DNA of 64,000 nt from Phyllobates terribilis (Eukaryota): positions 359,538,001 through 359,602,000 of the forward strand of contig NW_027362763.1 of the NCBI RefSeq assembly GCF_046119375.1. Direction: 5' to 3'. Each line of letters begins with the position of its first letter. Within the stretch, counting starts at the first letter, position 1. Below are positions 39,801 through 51,800 of this stretch, in pieces. The notes beneath the pieces were generated by a model, which was not told the DNA's origin, did not search any database, and saw only the letters and a program-made list of their open reading frames with translations. The position numbers and the translations under genes were made by a program.

Positions 39801-42800
39801 TTGGTCCTGAGGAGAGAACGTGGGAGCCCCGGGAGAACATCCATGCCCCTCTCATCCTAGCTAAATTTCTGTCTGGCCTAAAAAAGGGGGGGCCTAAAGG
39901 GGGGGGTACTGTAGTGCCGGCGTCCCTGCCCTCTGCTAGGCAGGGACGCTGCTCCCCTCACCGCTCTGCTCCGTGCCCGGCTTCCTCTCCCCGCTCTGCT
40001 GTCAGCGCGCGCTCCGTCCCAGCGTCCTCCTCCTGCTCTGCTCTCAGCGCGCGCTCCTTCCCGGCCCCTGTGCTTAGGGCGCGCGTGCGCGCTCCCCTCC
40101 TCTTAAAGGGGCCGCGCGCGCCGCCCTAAAGAGTCCCCGGCCAATGGCCGGAGGACTTCATCATATATAAGGCACCTCCTCCAAAATGGAGGTGCCCGAG
40201 CAATGTTGTTTGCACCTGTGTCTCACCTGTGCTTCAGCCCTCAGGTCCCGTTGCCAGTTACCTGCCAGTTTCCTGCTAGTTACCTGCCAGTTACCTGCCT
40301 GATTCCTGCCTGAGTACTTGTTACCTGTCTGCCAGTCTGAGGTCCGACGGTCTGCCTTACTACTCCTGTCAGTCTGTCTAAAGGACCAGCCTGCCCGCTC
40401 ACCTGGGAGCGCATATCAGCTACCTGCCTGCTTGCCTGAGGTCCGACGGTCTGCCTTACTACTCCGGTCAGTCTGTCTATGGACCAGCTTGCCCGCTCAC
40501 CTGGGAGCGCTTCTCCGTTATCTGCCTGCTTGCCAGCCCGGAGGCTCCGTTGTCACGTGCTGTGACCACCAGCTATCTCAGAGACTCTTGCCCGCTCACC
40601 TGGGAGCGCATCTCCGTTACCTGCCTGCTTGCCAGCCCGGAGGTCCCGTTGTCACGTGCGGTGACCACCAGCTATTCCAGAGACTCTTGCCCGCTCACCT
40701 GGGAGCGCTTCTCCGTTACCTACCTGCCTGCCAGCCCGGAGGTTCCGCCGTCACGTGCCGTGACCACCTGCTATTCCAGAGACTCTCGCTTGCTCACCTG
40801 GGAGCACACATCTACCATCTGCCTGCTAGCCTACCCGGAGGCTCTGCCATCACAGGTCGTACCTACCCCTTACCCAGAGACTGCCCTGATCACTTGCCGT
40901 AACTCCCTGTCCGTTCACCCAGAGACTGCCACCCGCTCCCTTACAAGGGCCGCCCCCTTGTATAGTAGCTCAGAGGTTCCGCCTCCCGGACCCGTTACAG
41001 TCCGCCTCCCGGACCCGTTACACTTTGTTACTATATTGAAGGCAAAAGGATGGTCACAACAAATATTGATTATATTTACGTATAATTCTATTTTGTTTAT
41101 GAACTAAGTCATCATCAGTACAGTGGCTCAGTGGTTAGCATTGCAACCGTGCAGTGCTGGGGTCCTGGGTTCAAATCCCACCAAGGACAACATCGGCAAG
41201 GAGTTTGTATGCTCTCCCCGTGTCTGTTTGGATTTCCTCCGGGTTCTCCGGTTTCCTCCCACACTCCAAACACATACTGATAGGGAATTTAGATGGTGAG
41301 CTCCAATGGGGACAGTGCCCATAATGTATGTAAAGTGCTGCAGAATTAATGGTGCTAGGTAAGTAAGCATAAATAATAACTATTAACACTTCTACTTTTG
41401 AAAGTATTCCTATACTGCAGCATTTTTCCACATCTGCCTAAAACTGTTGCACAGTATTAGAATAACTAAAAATTAGGCAGCACATCCAATATGGTGGAAA
41501 AAAAAAGGGTAAGGCTCCTTTATTCACCCACATCCGCTATGTTTCAGCGCTCTCTATGGAAACTTTCTCAGGCAATGTTACCTGCTCACATAGTGAGGTA
41601 TACATACCTGCTGCCATTACATGGAGTCATTAGCATCATCATGCAGATATAGATGGTAATAGTTTCTATCCTGTATCACAACGCATTCATATAGAAAAGT
41701 ACGATTACATGTGATATAACAAAGTGCCAAATTCAGATATTATTAATAGCTCGGCTGTTTCAATCAAGTGAAATAATTACCCCATAAGGGTCAGTCCTGT
41801 ATCAATAAAACAAACAGTTTTCTTGAGAACTCCCTAACTGTGGACTTGTAGTACTGCAAGTTTCAGCATACCACTACCCAGACATGCGTCCGATAATCAT
41901 GTCGGCACTACGCCAGTGAACTAGTGCATTAGAGACAGTGCACGAACAATGGCCGATGGGGAGGTGCATGTGCACTTCAAAACTGTCAACACCGGAGCTG
42001 CTGCAACCTCCACCTACTGTCTCCTTCCCCGTACCTGTAGAATGTAAGCCCGCAAGGGCAGGGTCCTCTTCCCTCTGTACCAGTCTATCATTGTTCATTT
42101 GTTACTGTAAGTGATATCGGTATTCTGTATGTAACCCCTTCTCATGTACAGCACCATGGAATCAATGGCGCTATATAAATAATAATAATAACTGTCACGG
42201 TAACGATCATTTTGACTAAAGGAATACTGGTAGAAGAGCATTACTTAGAAATTAACACTAGAGGGAGCCCAATGCGCATGCCTTCAAATGACAAGTCACT
42301 CCACAATAGGGAAGAGCGAAATTAAAGGGAACCTGTCGGAACATTCGACCTGCCGAAACTGAGGGCAACATGAATCATAGCGTGGACAGGGACGAGACTA
42401 GTCCAGCATTTCTAGAGGCGATAGACAGATCTCTCCCATGTGCGTATATAGGGAGCGACCTGTCAATCACTTGCAGCAACACTGAGAAGAGCCTAGTAGG
42501 GGTGAAGCTGGACTAGTCTCGTTTCCAGCTATGGTCCCCGGACAGATGTTTTAACTTTTTTTTTCTCTGAAACAAAACGGAACGTTTAAGAGAATATAGC
42601 TAGCTACAGTTATACAGCTAGGCTCGTGTTCCATGCTGCCTGAGTATGGGCATCATGAATCAGATGATAGGTTACTTTTAAAGGGAATTTGTCACAAGAT
42701 TTTTGTTACCACATTTGTGAGGATCATGATGTGGGCTAGAGACCCTGAATCCAGTGATGGATCACCTACTGGGCTGCTTGCGGTCGTATTTATTAAATCA

Positions 42801-45800
42801 CTGTTTTACCTGCTGCAGTTTTCTGAATGCTGAGCTCTGTATAATTCCACACACACCACTGATTGGCCGCTTTCTGCCTATGCACAGTGTATACAGACTG
42901 CTGCCAATGAGTGGTGGAGGCAGGGTTCTACAGATCTCATTAATATGGAGTGCTACATGGAAGCAAGTTTACTAGCCCTCTACAGATAGAATCAATGTTT
43001 TATCAGCAGGAGATTATCAGAACAACCCTGAGCAGCCCAGGAAGTGACACATCACTAGAATCAAAGTCTCTACATTGTGCTGCTCTCAGATTATACCCAA
43101 GATAAAAACAAAATGAGCAAATACCCTGCAGTAAATAAATAGCAATAGTGCTTGAAAATAACATAGGGTACTTTGTCAACGTAATTTTGATTAATAAAAA
43201 ACATAAAAGCCATCCCACCATATAGTTTTCCATGGTTGGGTGTCCAATAGTCGGGGCCCTCGGTCCTGGTCAGCCCTTATTCACATTTACGTAATTTATT
43301 GCATAATACTAGAGGTTAGCACCTTCCCCAACAGGGTCACCTAGACGTGGTGGGATAACATAATTTTGCTAAAAAAATAAAAGCTAACTAAGAACCCTAT
43401 GTTGATTGTATACACTATTGCTATTTATTTACTGCAGGGTATTTGCACATTAGGTTTTTATCTTAGGTTTTGTCTGCTTAGTGGCCAGTGTGAACATTCG
43501 CCTACACGCTGCATGCACACCAATTTATATTCCAGTTCATCTCTTTAGGTTTTTGCTCTCAGATTATGTAGCAAAAACCTGGTGACAGATTTCCTTTAAT
43601 ACATAGTAATGAAAACGCTCGTGTAAATCAATCCATCTAACTTGACATAGAAGTCCGAATTAAAAATAATAAAGTAGTATGATTTAATACAAACAGAATA
43701 AGTGAACTGGGGCAGGCACATCAGGTTATGATCAGTGACTGGTAAGACTGGGAAGTCCCCTGTATGGTCTAGTAGCCAAAGAGGGATTAGTGTACTAGGA
43801 ATTCCCAGGACATCGCACCATAGGCAACAACTACGGCAGATAATCCGCTACAGTCAGTTTAATCTCAACCGTCAGCCCATGCCACACCCACGACCATAGG
43901 GGGACAACAGGATGACCCAAATGTAGGTCACTCCCAAACCTAAATATCATTCATGCCATTTAAACGTCCATATGATAAACAGGTAAAATCAGACAAAAAA
44001 CTCACAATAAAGCAGCATTAGAAATAAACCACATAGAATAATAGACCAGTCCATGTATCCCAGGTGGCGAGTCCACAGGAAAATTGAAGGTTTTGTTTTA
44101 TTGACACAGAACTGGCACTTATGGGGTTATTATTTCACATGACCGATACAGCTGAGTGCTTATTAATTATTCATGAAATTTTGTCAGTGTGTTAATCATA
44201 TGTAATCATACATTTCTCTATATGAATGCATTGTGATACGATTGTAATTGTTTCATATATCTACACTAGAATTACACCTAAATTGAATAACGATGATAAT
44301 CACCATGTAATAAATACCGCCTCATTCTGATGTTTTTTCACACAAGTGTTCTTCGTTTTTCTCCGATAGAACACGCATCCATTATAATGTATGGAGCTTT
44401 TCATATGGTCGTCTTTTTTTAGTGGACAGTGTGTCTGTAAAAATAAAAAAAATCAGAGATGCATCTTCGTTCTTGATCCAGTAGTGTCCAATGTCTTATG
44501 ACATTGGTTGTATGCTTGGCGTTGTTCTCCCGCTGCAGAATAAATTTGGAACCAGACGCCTTCCTGATAATATTGCATGGATGGATAAGTATCTGCCTGT
44601 ATTTCTCACCATTGAAGACACCATTAATCCTGTGAAATACCCAATTCCATTTGCTGAAATACAGCCCCAAGCTCGCAAGGACCCTCTTGCATGCTTCACT
44701 GTTGCCTGCAGACACTCATCATTGTACTGCACTCCTGCCATTCGGTGACAAACTGCCTTCTGTTACAGGCAAATATTTCACATCAGTACAAGAGCAGCTG
44801 TTTTCATTTCTTTGCACCTCAAGTCCTATGTTTTCATGCACGGCTGAGTCTCTTGGACTTGTTTCCATGTCAAAGGTCTGGTTTTTTGGCCGCAATTCTT
44901 CCATAAAGATCACTTATGGCCAGATGTATCCAAACAGCAGATGGATGTAGCTGGGTCTCACTGGTTGCTGTCAGTTCTGAGCTGATGGCATTGCTGGACA
45001 TTGTATGATTTCAAAGGAAAGTAAACATGACGTGTCTCATCTGCTGCACTAAGTTTCATTGGCCGACCACTGCGTTTATGGCCCTCAAACTTGCCCGTTT
45101 TTTGGTGTTCCAATGCTGATTAATATAGGCAGATAAACATACATCACTCAATACCATCAAGGAGCCATCTAATGGTCTTCAAAACTTATTCTACAGCAGG
45201 AAAACGACCCCAAACATACAGCCAATGTCATAATGAACTTTCTCAATACGCCTTCCACGACAGCATTTGAGGATGTTGTCCACGCCCTATCCGGGGTCAG
45301 GAACATAGAGAGGTTAAAAGCCCCTTCCCACCGTCAATCCCCAGTGTTTTCTTGTCCCCCTTGGGGCAAAAAGAGGTCCTGCAGTGCTGTCGTGCTGTCA
45401 GGGCAGCACTGTGTTTGTCATACTTGCTGGGCAGTGGTCGGTCGGGGCGCTCCCTCTTCCCTCCCCATTGGGACCATCCTTGCTTCCCGCACCCCACAGA
45501 GGGTAAAGCAAGCTCAGTGATATTTTTCATGCCGGAAGCAGTTTCCAACTCTCCGGCATCTCCTACTTCCTGGCGGCCTGGCCGCGCGCACGCACCGGAG
45601 ATGATGTCATCACAGGTCCTGTCTCTTCCGGCCTGTGCGTTCCACGCTGGAACGCATGGTATGGAGCGCGTCCCAGAGCCGGCAGGCGCGGGCTGGGTGC
45701 GCGCGCACCGGAAGGGACGTCCCCGCCGGTCCTGTCGCTTCCAGTCTGTGCGTTCCACTCTGGGACGCAGGATGTTTGACCGCGTCCAAGGGCCGGCAAG

Positions 45801-48800
45801 GCCCATATCGATCCGGATTGGCCCTCAAGTGACCCGAAGGGGGAGGGGACTGAGGTTCCTTGCTGTGAGGAATTGTTTTCTACCCGCCTGAAGACGCCAA
45901 AGGTAAGGCTAAGGCTATCTCCACCATGGAAGGTGGCAGATCCAGTATCCCTGCATCTGCAGAGCCCAGCACGCCCTAGGCTACAGTGAGTAGTACCTGG
46001 GTGGTCATTAAGGAGTTCTCAGCCTCTCTTTTCAATGACACTAGATCTCCCCTCTTTCTAGTTACATGGGTCCCCTTCTCTTCCCCTTTCTTAGGAAGAC
46101 AAGGCCCCCGCTTCTAAGAAGGATAAAGACCAGCCCCGTAGATGTGGCATCTGTGCTAAAAAATTGTCCTCATCCTATAAGAAGAAGTTGTGCCAACCCT
46201 GTATGGATAAAATAATTAAAGAAGAAAACCCCTCGCTAATCGAGGAGCTAAGATCACTTGTTAAACAGGAGGTTCAGGTAATTATACAGGAGGTCCAAGC
46301 TCATTTTGCTGCCCTGCCTGTCTACTCCTCCTCCAGGCCCTCTCCACTTAAGAAGAGGAAGATTCAAGAGTTAGGCTATGTGCCCACGATGCAGAAATGC
46401 TCAGGATTTTTTCCTGAGCGCTTCTGCATCTCCCTGGCAGAAAAAAACGCATGCGGATTGTACATGCGTTTTCCTGCCAGGGACATGCGGATGTGAAGCG
46501 TTCTTCACTTGCATTTCCGCATGCGGGTTGACAAGCGCTTTCCAAGCGATTTTAGCATCACTTGGAAAGTGCTTGACAACTTGGTCACATTATATAAATC
46601 CATGCAACCGGCATAGATTTATATAGTGTGACCTGAGAGAATGTCAAAAAATAAATGTATACTTACCCTCCGATGGCCCCCGGTGTCCTGCTTCACTCCG
46701 TTCTCCCTTGCCGGCAGCGGTAACTGAAGGACCTGCCGACGTCAGCATCGCTTGACCCGTCACACGACTGACGTCAGCGCAGGTCCTTCATTCCATCGCG
46801 AAGTGCCGGGAAGCAAGGGCGCGGGCCGCCGGAAGGTAAATATATATTTTTTATTTTATTCTTTCTTTTACAGATTTTTTAATGGTACCTGGGTGTGGAT
46901 GAGACTCTCCTCTCCTCTACACCCGGGTACCATTCGCACATTAGAACGCGCCAATTACGCAAGTACAGATGCAGTCTTGCGGAATTGGCGCGTTCTAATG
47001 CAAGTCAATGGCGACGAAAACGCAGCACTTCCGCAAAATAATTGGTAGTGCTGCGTTTTTTTCCGCAATGATAATCCGCAGCGGAAATTTCCGCAGCATG
47101 TGCACAGCACATGCGGATTATCATTGGGGGACATGGCAGGCCTTCTACCATGCGTTTCTTAAGCGTTTCTGCAGCGTTTTTCAGCCTTAGACTCAGATGT
47201 GGTCTCTATTGACGCTAGTAGCTCCGCCTCTGATGATTTTGATGAAATAGCATCCTTAGGGCCTGCCAAAAAATGTAGAAATTGGAAGATATTATTTTTC
47301 CTCAGACAACTTAGAGGAATTACTGGACGCAGTTAGAGGCACTATGGGGCTGGAGGAAGTTGAGGTGCCCTGTTCTGTTCAGGATGAGATGTTTAGGGGC
47401 CTTAGATCATAAAAGCAGACGAGTTTTCCAGTTCATGAGGTCATTAGAGATCTCATCCGACAGGAATGGGAATCCCCGGAAAACCGTCTCACCACCCCTT
47501 CGGAATTAAAGCATAGATTTCCGCTGGAAGGTGAAGAATTTGAGTGGGACGTCCCTAAGGTGGACATCCAGGTGGCAAGGGTAGTGAGGAAAAGCTCACT
47601 TTCCTTTGAGGACTCATCCCAATTGAAGGATCCATTGGACTGGAAAATGGAAAGCGTCCTTAAAAAAATCATGGGAAACCTCCTTTGCCTCTCAAAAGGT
47701 CAATATTGCATCGACTTGTGTGGCCAGATACCTCTTCAAATGGCTCGCCCAACTAGAGGAACATCTGTCTTCTTTTCCAGGGCAGACCTGCTAGACTCCA
47801 TCCCTCTCATTCAAAAAGCAACGGGCTTCTTAGCGGACGCCTCGGCTGAGTCAGTCCGGATCGCGGCCAGAGCAGCTGTCTTACCCAATACTGCTCGCCG
47901 TGCATTGTGGCTCAAAACATGGAGTGGGGATGTCACCTCTAAGGTTAAACTCTGTTCCATTCCATTTCAAGGGAAATATGTATTCGGGCCAGCCCTTGAT
48001 GATATCCTGGAAAAGGCCTCGGACAGGAAGAAAACCCTTCCTGAACAGAAAAACTAAGAAACGTTCCTTTAGACCTTCCCAGAGTCACCCCGCACAATAT
48101 AGGGGAAAGGGAAAATTTGGGCGCTGGAGCTATCCTAAAGGCGGCAAGGGCCGTAACATCCTTGTACCCCAGCAACAACACGAGCAGCAGGACAAGCAAT
48201 GACTTGGTCTGTGCAGGGGGGCGCCTCTTGGATTTCTTTCCCCAGTGGTAGGCAATATCTTCCTGCCAGTGGATCCTCAATACCATCGAGGAGGGTCTTC
48301 TATTGGAATTCAAGAGTCGCCCCCCCCTCAGGTCCTGAGGATCACGTCCCTTCCTTCTCGGGAGCTCAGGAACTGCTTATCAGTTGGTCTGCAAAACCTT
48401 CTGAGATCCAGAGTAGTATCTCCAGTCCCCCCTGGCCGGGAGGGGACGGGTCACTACTCAAAAATATTCCTAATACAGAAACAGTCAGGGACCTCACGCA
48501 TCTTAATCAACCTGAAGTCCCTAAACCATCACATCAAATACAGACGATTCAAGATGGAGTCTATAAAATCAACTATTCCCTTAATAGGGAAAGATTACAT
48601 CATGGCAACCATAGACTTAAAAGATGCATACTACCATGTGCCGATTCATCAGTCCCACAGGAAGTTCCTGCGCTTTGCAATCTTCAGGGACAACATAACA
48701 GAACACTACCAGTAAAATGTACTGCCCTTCGACATCTCTTCAGCACCCCGGGTGTTTACGAAGATTATGGCAGAACTCATTGCACTCATCCAAAAACAAG

Positions 48801-51800
48801 GTGCCTGCATAATTCCATACCTGGACGACATGTTGATTGTCGCCCCTTCGGTGGTGACTCTCAATCTTCATGTTTTTATAACCTTAAAAACTCTTCACTC
48901 ATTAGGTTGGGTTCCGAACCTAAAAAAGTCGAAACTCCTTCCTTCGTCGAGGAGGAAATTCCTTGGTGTCTTGCTGGACTCCAACAAACAAACATCCTTT
49001 CTTCCGTTGGAGAATCAAACAGCTCTCAGAACCAAGATCTCAATTTTCAGACACCAGGAGAATCCAACATTGAGAGCGACAATGTCTGTATTGGGGTCAA
49101 TGACGGCCTGTATCCAGTCGGTATCGTGGGCCCAGACCCACTCAAGGCTCCTCCAGGATCATATCATATGATCTTGGAACAGACACAGGGACTCACTAAA
49201 CAAACAGACCAGGACCCCCGGTCGGGTAAAGCTTCTCTTTCTTGGTGGCTAAGCTCCCAAAATCTTCAAAGGGGGATTTCTTGGACCCAGGACCCTCTAA
49301 TTACAGTGACTACCAACGCCAGTATATGAGGCTGGGGAGCCATGGTGGCCCAGACTCCTTTTAAAAACAGATGGAGTCCCGAGATCAGTGCCAGATCCTC
49401 CAACTTCAGGGAGCTAAAGGCAGTAGAAAAAACGCTCAGAGCAGCAGTCGACCTAATCCAGTGTACTCACATCAAGATACTCTCGGACAATGTGACTACA
49501 GTTGCCTTCCTTGGTCATCAAGGAGGAACGAGGGTAGACAGCCTGAAACAGATCGCAGGTCGAATATTTTCTTGGGCAGAACATCTCCTATCACTTTCGG
49601 CAATTCACCTGAAAGGCTCAAACAACATTCAAGCAGACTTTTTAAGCAGGAAAGACATCCAGCCGGGAGAATGGAGCCTGGATCTTAAAATATTTCAGTC
49701 ACTGGTAGCAAAATGGGGTCTCCCCGAAGTAGCTCTCTTTGCCAGTTGCTTAAACGCAAAGCTTCCCCTCTTCTTTTCATTGGACAGAAGAGACAATGCC
49801 ATGAATTTGGACGCATTAGCCCATCCCTGGCATTTAAACTGGTCTATGCGTTTCCTCCAATTCCACGGATAGTTCTTGCTATCCAGAAAGTCAGGTTAGA
49901 GATAGTGGCAACAATTCTGGTAGCCCCTCTGTGGCCCAAAAGGCCTTGGTTCGGGGCCATCACAGAACTTTGCCTGGATGGCCTGGTGATACTTCCACAG
50001 GTCAACAACTTTCTCTCACAAAGCCCCCTATTCCACCCAAATCCTCAGTGGCTAAACCTTGCAGCCTGGTTACTGAAGCCGAGATCTTAAGCTCCAAAGG
50101 TCTCTCGGAAGAAGTTGTAATAACTCTTCAACAGAGTAGGAAACCAGTAACCAATGCTATCTATATACGGCAAAATATGGAAAAAATTCCTATCATGGTA
50201 CGCCCAGGATATTCCTGATACCGCACAGCCCAACATTGCTCGGATCCTTGATTTTTTTTACAGAGTGGATTGGAGTTGGGTCTCAAACCCAGTACTCTCA
50301 AGGTGCAGATTTCATCCCTAAGTTCCATATTCGACCAAGATTTGGCCTCTCACAGACGGATCAAGAGATACATGACTTCGGCTCTCAGACTTCACCCAAG
50401 AATTCAGTCTCATGTCCCATTCTGGGATCTTAATGTGGTGCTCAGGGGTCTAACCCTCTCTCCCTTCGAGCCTCTATCCTCCAGTACAATACAGACTCTC
50501 TCTCATAAGACTGCCGTTTTAGTAACCATCACTTCAGCACGGAGAGTAGGAGAACTGCAGGCTCTATCCATCAGAGAACCTTACATGAATGTGACTGAGG
50601 ATAGAATTACGCTTCGCCTGGACCCTTCCTTTCTCCCAAAGGAGGTTACGGATTTCCATCGTTCCCAGGACGTCATCCTTCCCTCCTTCTGCCAGAAACC
50701 TTCTAATTCAAAGGGAGCAGAGTTCCATCTCCTAGATGTCCGCAGAGTTGTCCTTTATTATCTTCAACAAACTGAGTCTTTGAGATTGGATGAAAATCTA
50801 TTTATACAACACTCAGGGCATAACAGAGGAAGGAAGGCAGCTAAATCCATTATAGCAAACTGGATTAAAAATGCAATTGGGGAAGCCTACATCAACCAAC
50901 AGATGGATCCACCGATTGCCTTAAAAGCTCATTCTACCAGATCTACATCAACTTCATGGGCCGAAAGAGCGGGCGCTTCTACAGAGCAGATTTGCAGGGC
51001 AGCTACATGGTCTTCCCTTCACACATTTTCCAAACATTATAGATTAGACTTATCCATTAGGGATTTAGCCTTTGGTAGGAAAGTACTACAAGCTATTGCC
51101 CCTCCCTAATAAAATATCGTTGGTATTCCTCCAATGCTGTCGTGGAAGGCGTATTGAGAAAATAGAATTAGTCCTTACCAGTAATTCGGTTTCTAGAAGC
51201 CTTCCACGACAGCATGAATTTCCCTCCCTATGGATTCCATATAACTGTCAGGTAACCATTTTTTTCCAGGTGATCTTGGTAAACACTGAGGACTGACGGT
51301 GGGGATGGGCTTTTAACCTCTCTATGTTCCTGTCCCCCAATAGGGCGTGGACAACATCCTCCAATGCTGTCGTGGAAGGCTTTTAGAAACCGAATTACTG
51401 GTAAGGACTAATTCTATTATCTTCTCTGTCAAGAACAACAAGGGGTAACAGAAGTGATGATATGGCCCCAGAGACTTCTGGTCGTATCATCGAGTCTGTC
51501 AGGGATTACAGTAAGAGACAGAAGGATTTGCAGAAGCAGATCTGTGGTTAGTACTCCAAGATGTCTGGAACAACCTCCCTGCTGAATTCCTTGAAAACAT
51601 TGTGGAACTGTACCTTGAAGAATTGATGTGGTTTCAAAGACACACCAAATACTGAATTGATTTAGATTTCACTAATGTTCATTAACTTTGTTAATAAAAA
51701 TTAACTTTTATTTTTTTAAAGCATTCTGTATTTGGACAAAAAAATTTCTTTCTACACATCTGCTTAAAACTTTTACACAGTACTGTGTGTCTCCAAAAAA

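Larger units (their letters stand above)
34578..41022 (+). mobile_element. Gypsy/chromovirus LTR retrotransposon B (Tf1/sushi-like), full length with intact ORFs
   Basis: LTRs 34578-35695 (1118 bp) and 39910-41022 (1113 bp), TGTA...TACA, differing by 1 substitution and 2 repeat-unit indels; TSD CTTTG; PPT ending GGGGGGTAC. Confidence 0.97.
33940..41457 (+). mobile_element. decayed Tc1 transposon split by Gypsy element B and a SINE
   Basis: [11 protein letters not shown] remnant before 34578; a LKAKG..TKY-like end after the CTTTG TSD; decayed TIR end at ~41440-41457. Confidence 0.7.
45239..51418 (+). mobile_element. DIRS1-type tyrosine-recombinase retrotransposon, full length but decayed
   Basis: ~100-bp imperfect ITRs (45250-45350 / 51281-51380) with a right extension to 51418; ICR at 51128-51215; no TSD; ORF1, RT-RNaseH-MT and YR remnants. 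Confidence 0.95.
45130..51786 (+). mobile_element. Tc1 3' fragment split by the DIRS element
   Basis: [17 protein letters not shown] before 45239, continuing after 51418 to a TIR-like end AAAACTTTTACACAGTACTG. Confidence 0.7.

Noticed and set aside
25010-41022. Domesticated RTL/PEG10-like host genes
   Set aside because: Both elements have near-identical LTR pairs, TSDs and PPTs, which marks recent transposon insertions rather than domesticated genes.
45297-45891. Overlapping 169-179-aa GC-rich ORFs
   Set aside because: They lie in the DIRS 5' leader; open frames on both strands reflect GC content, and there are no recognisable motifs.
48199-49329. 376-aa ORF as a novel gene
   Set aside because: A chimera of DIRS frames created by 1-nt deletions: RT start, a third frame, the ORF3 extension, then the RNase H frame (..TTNAS).
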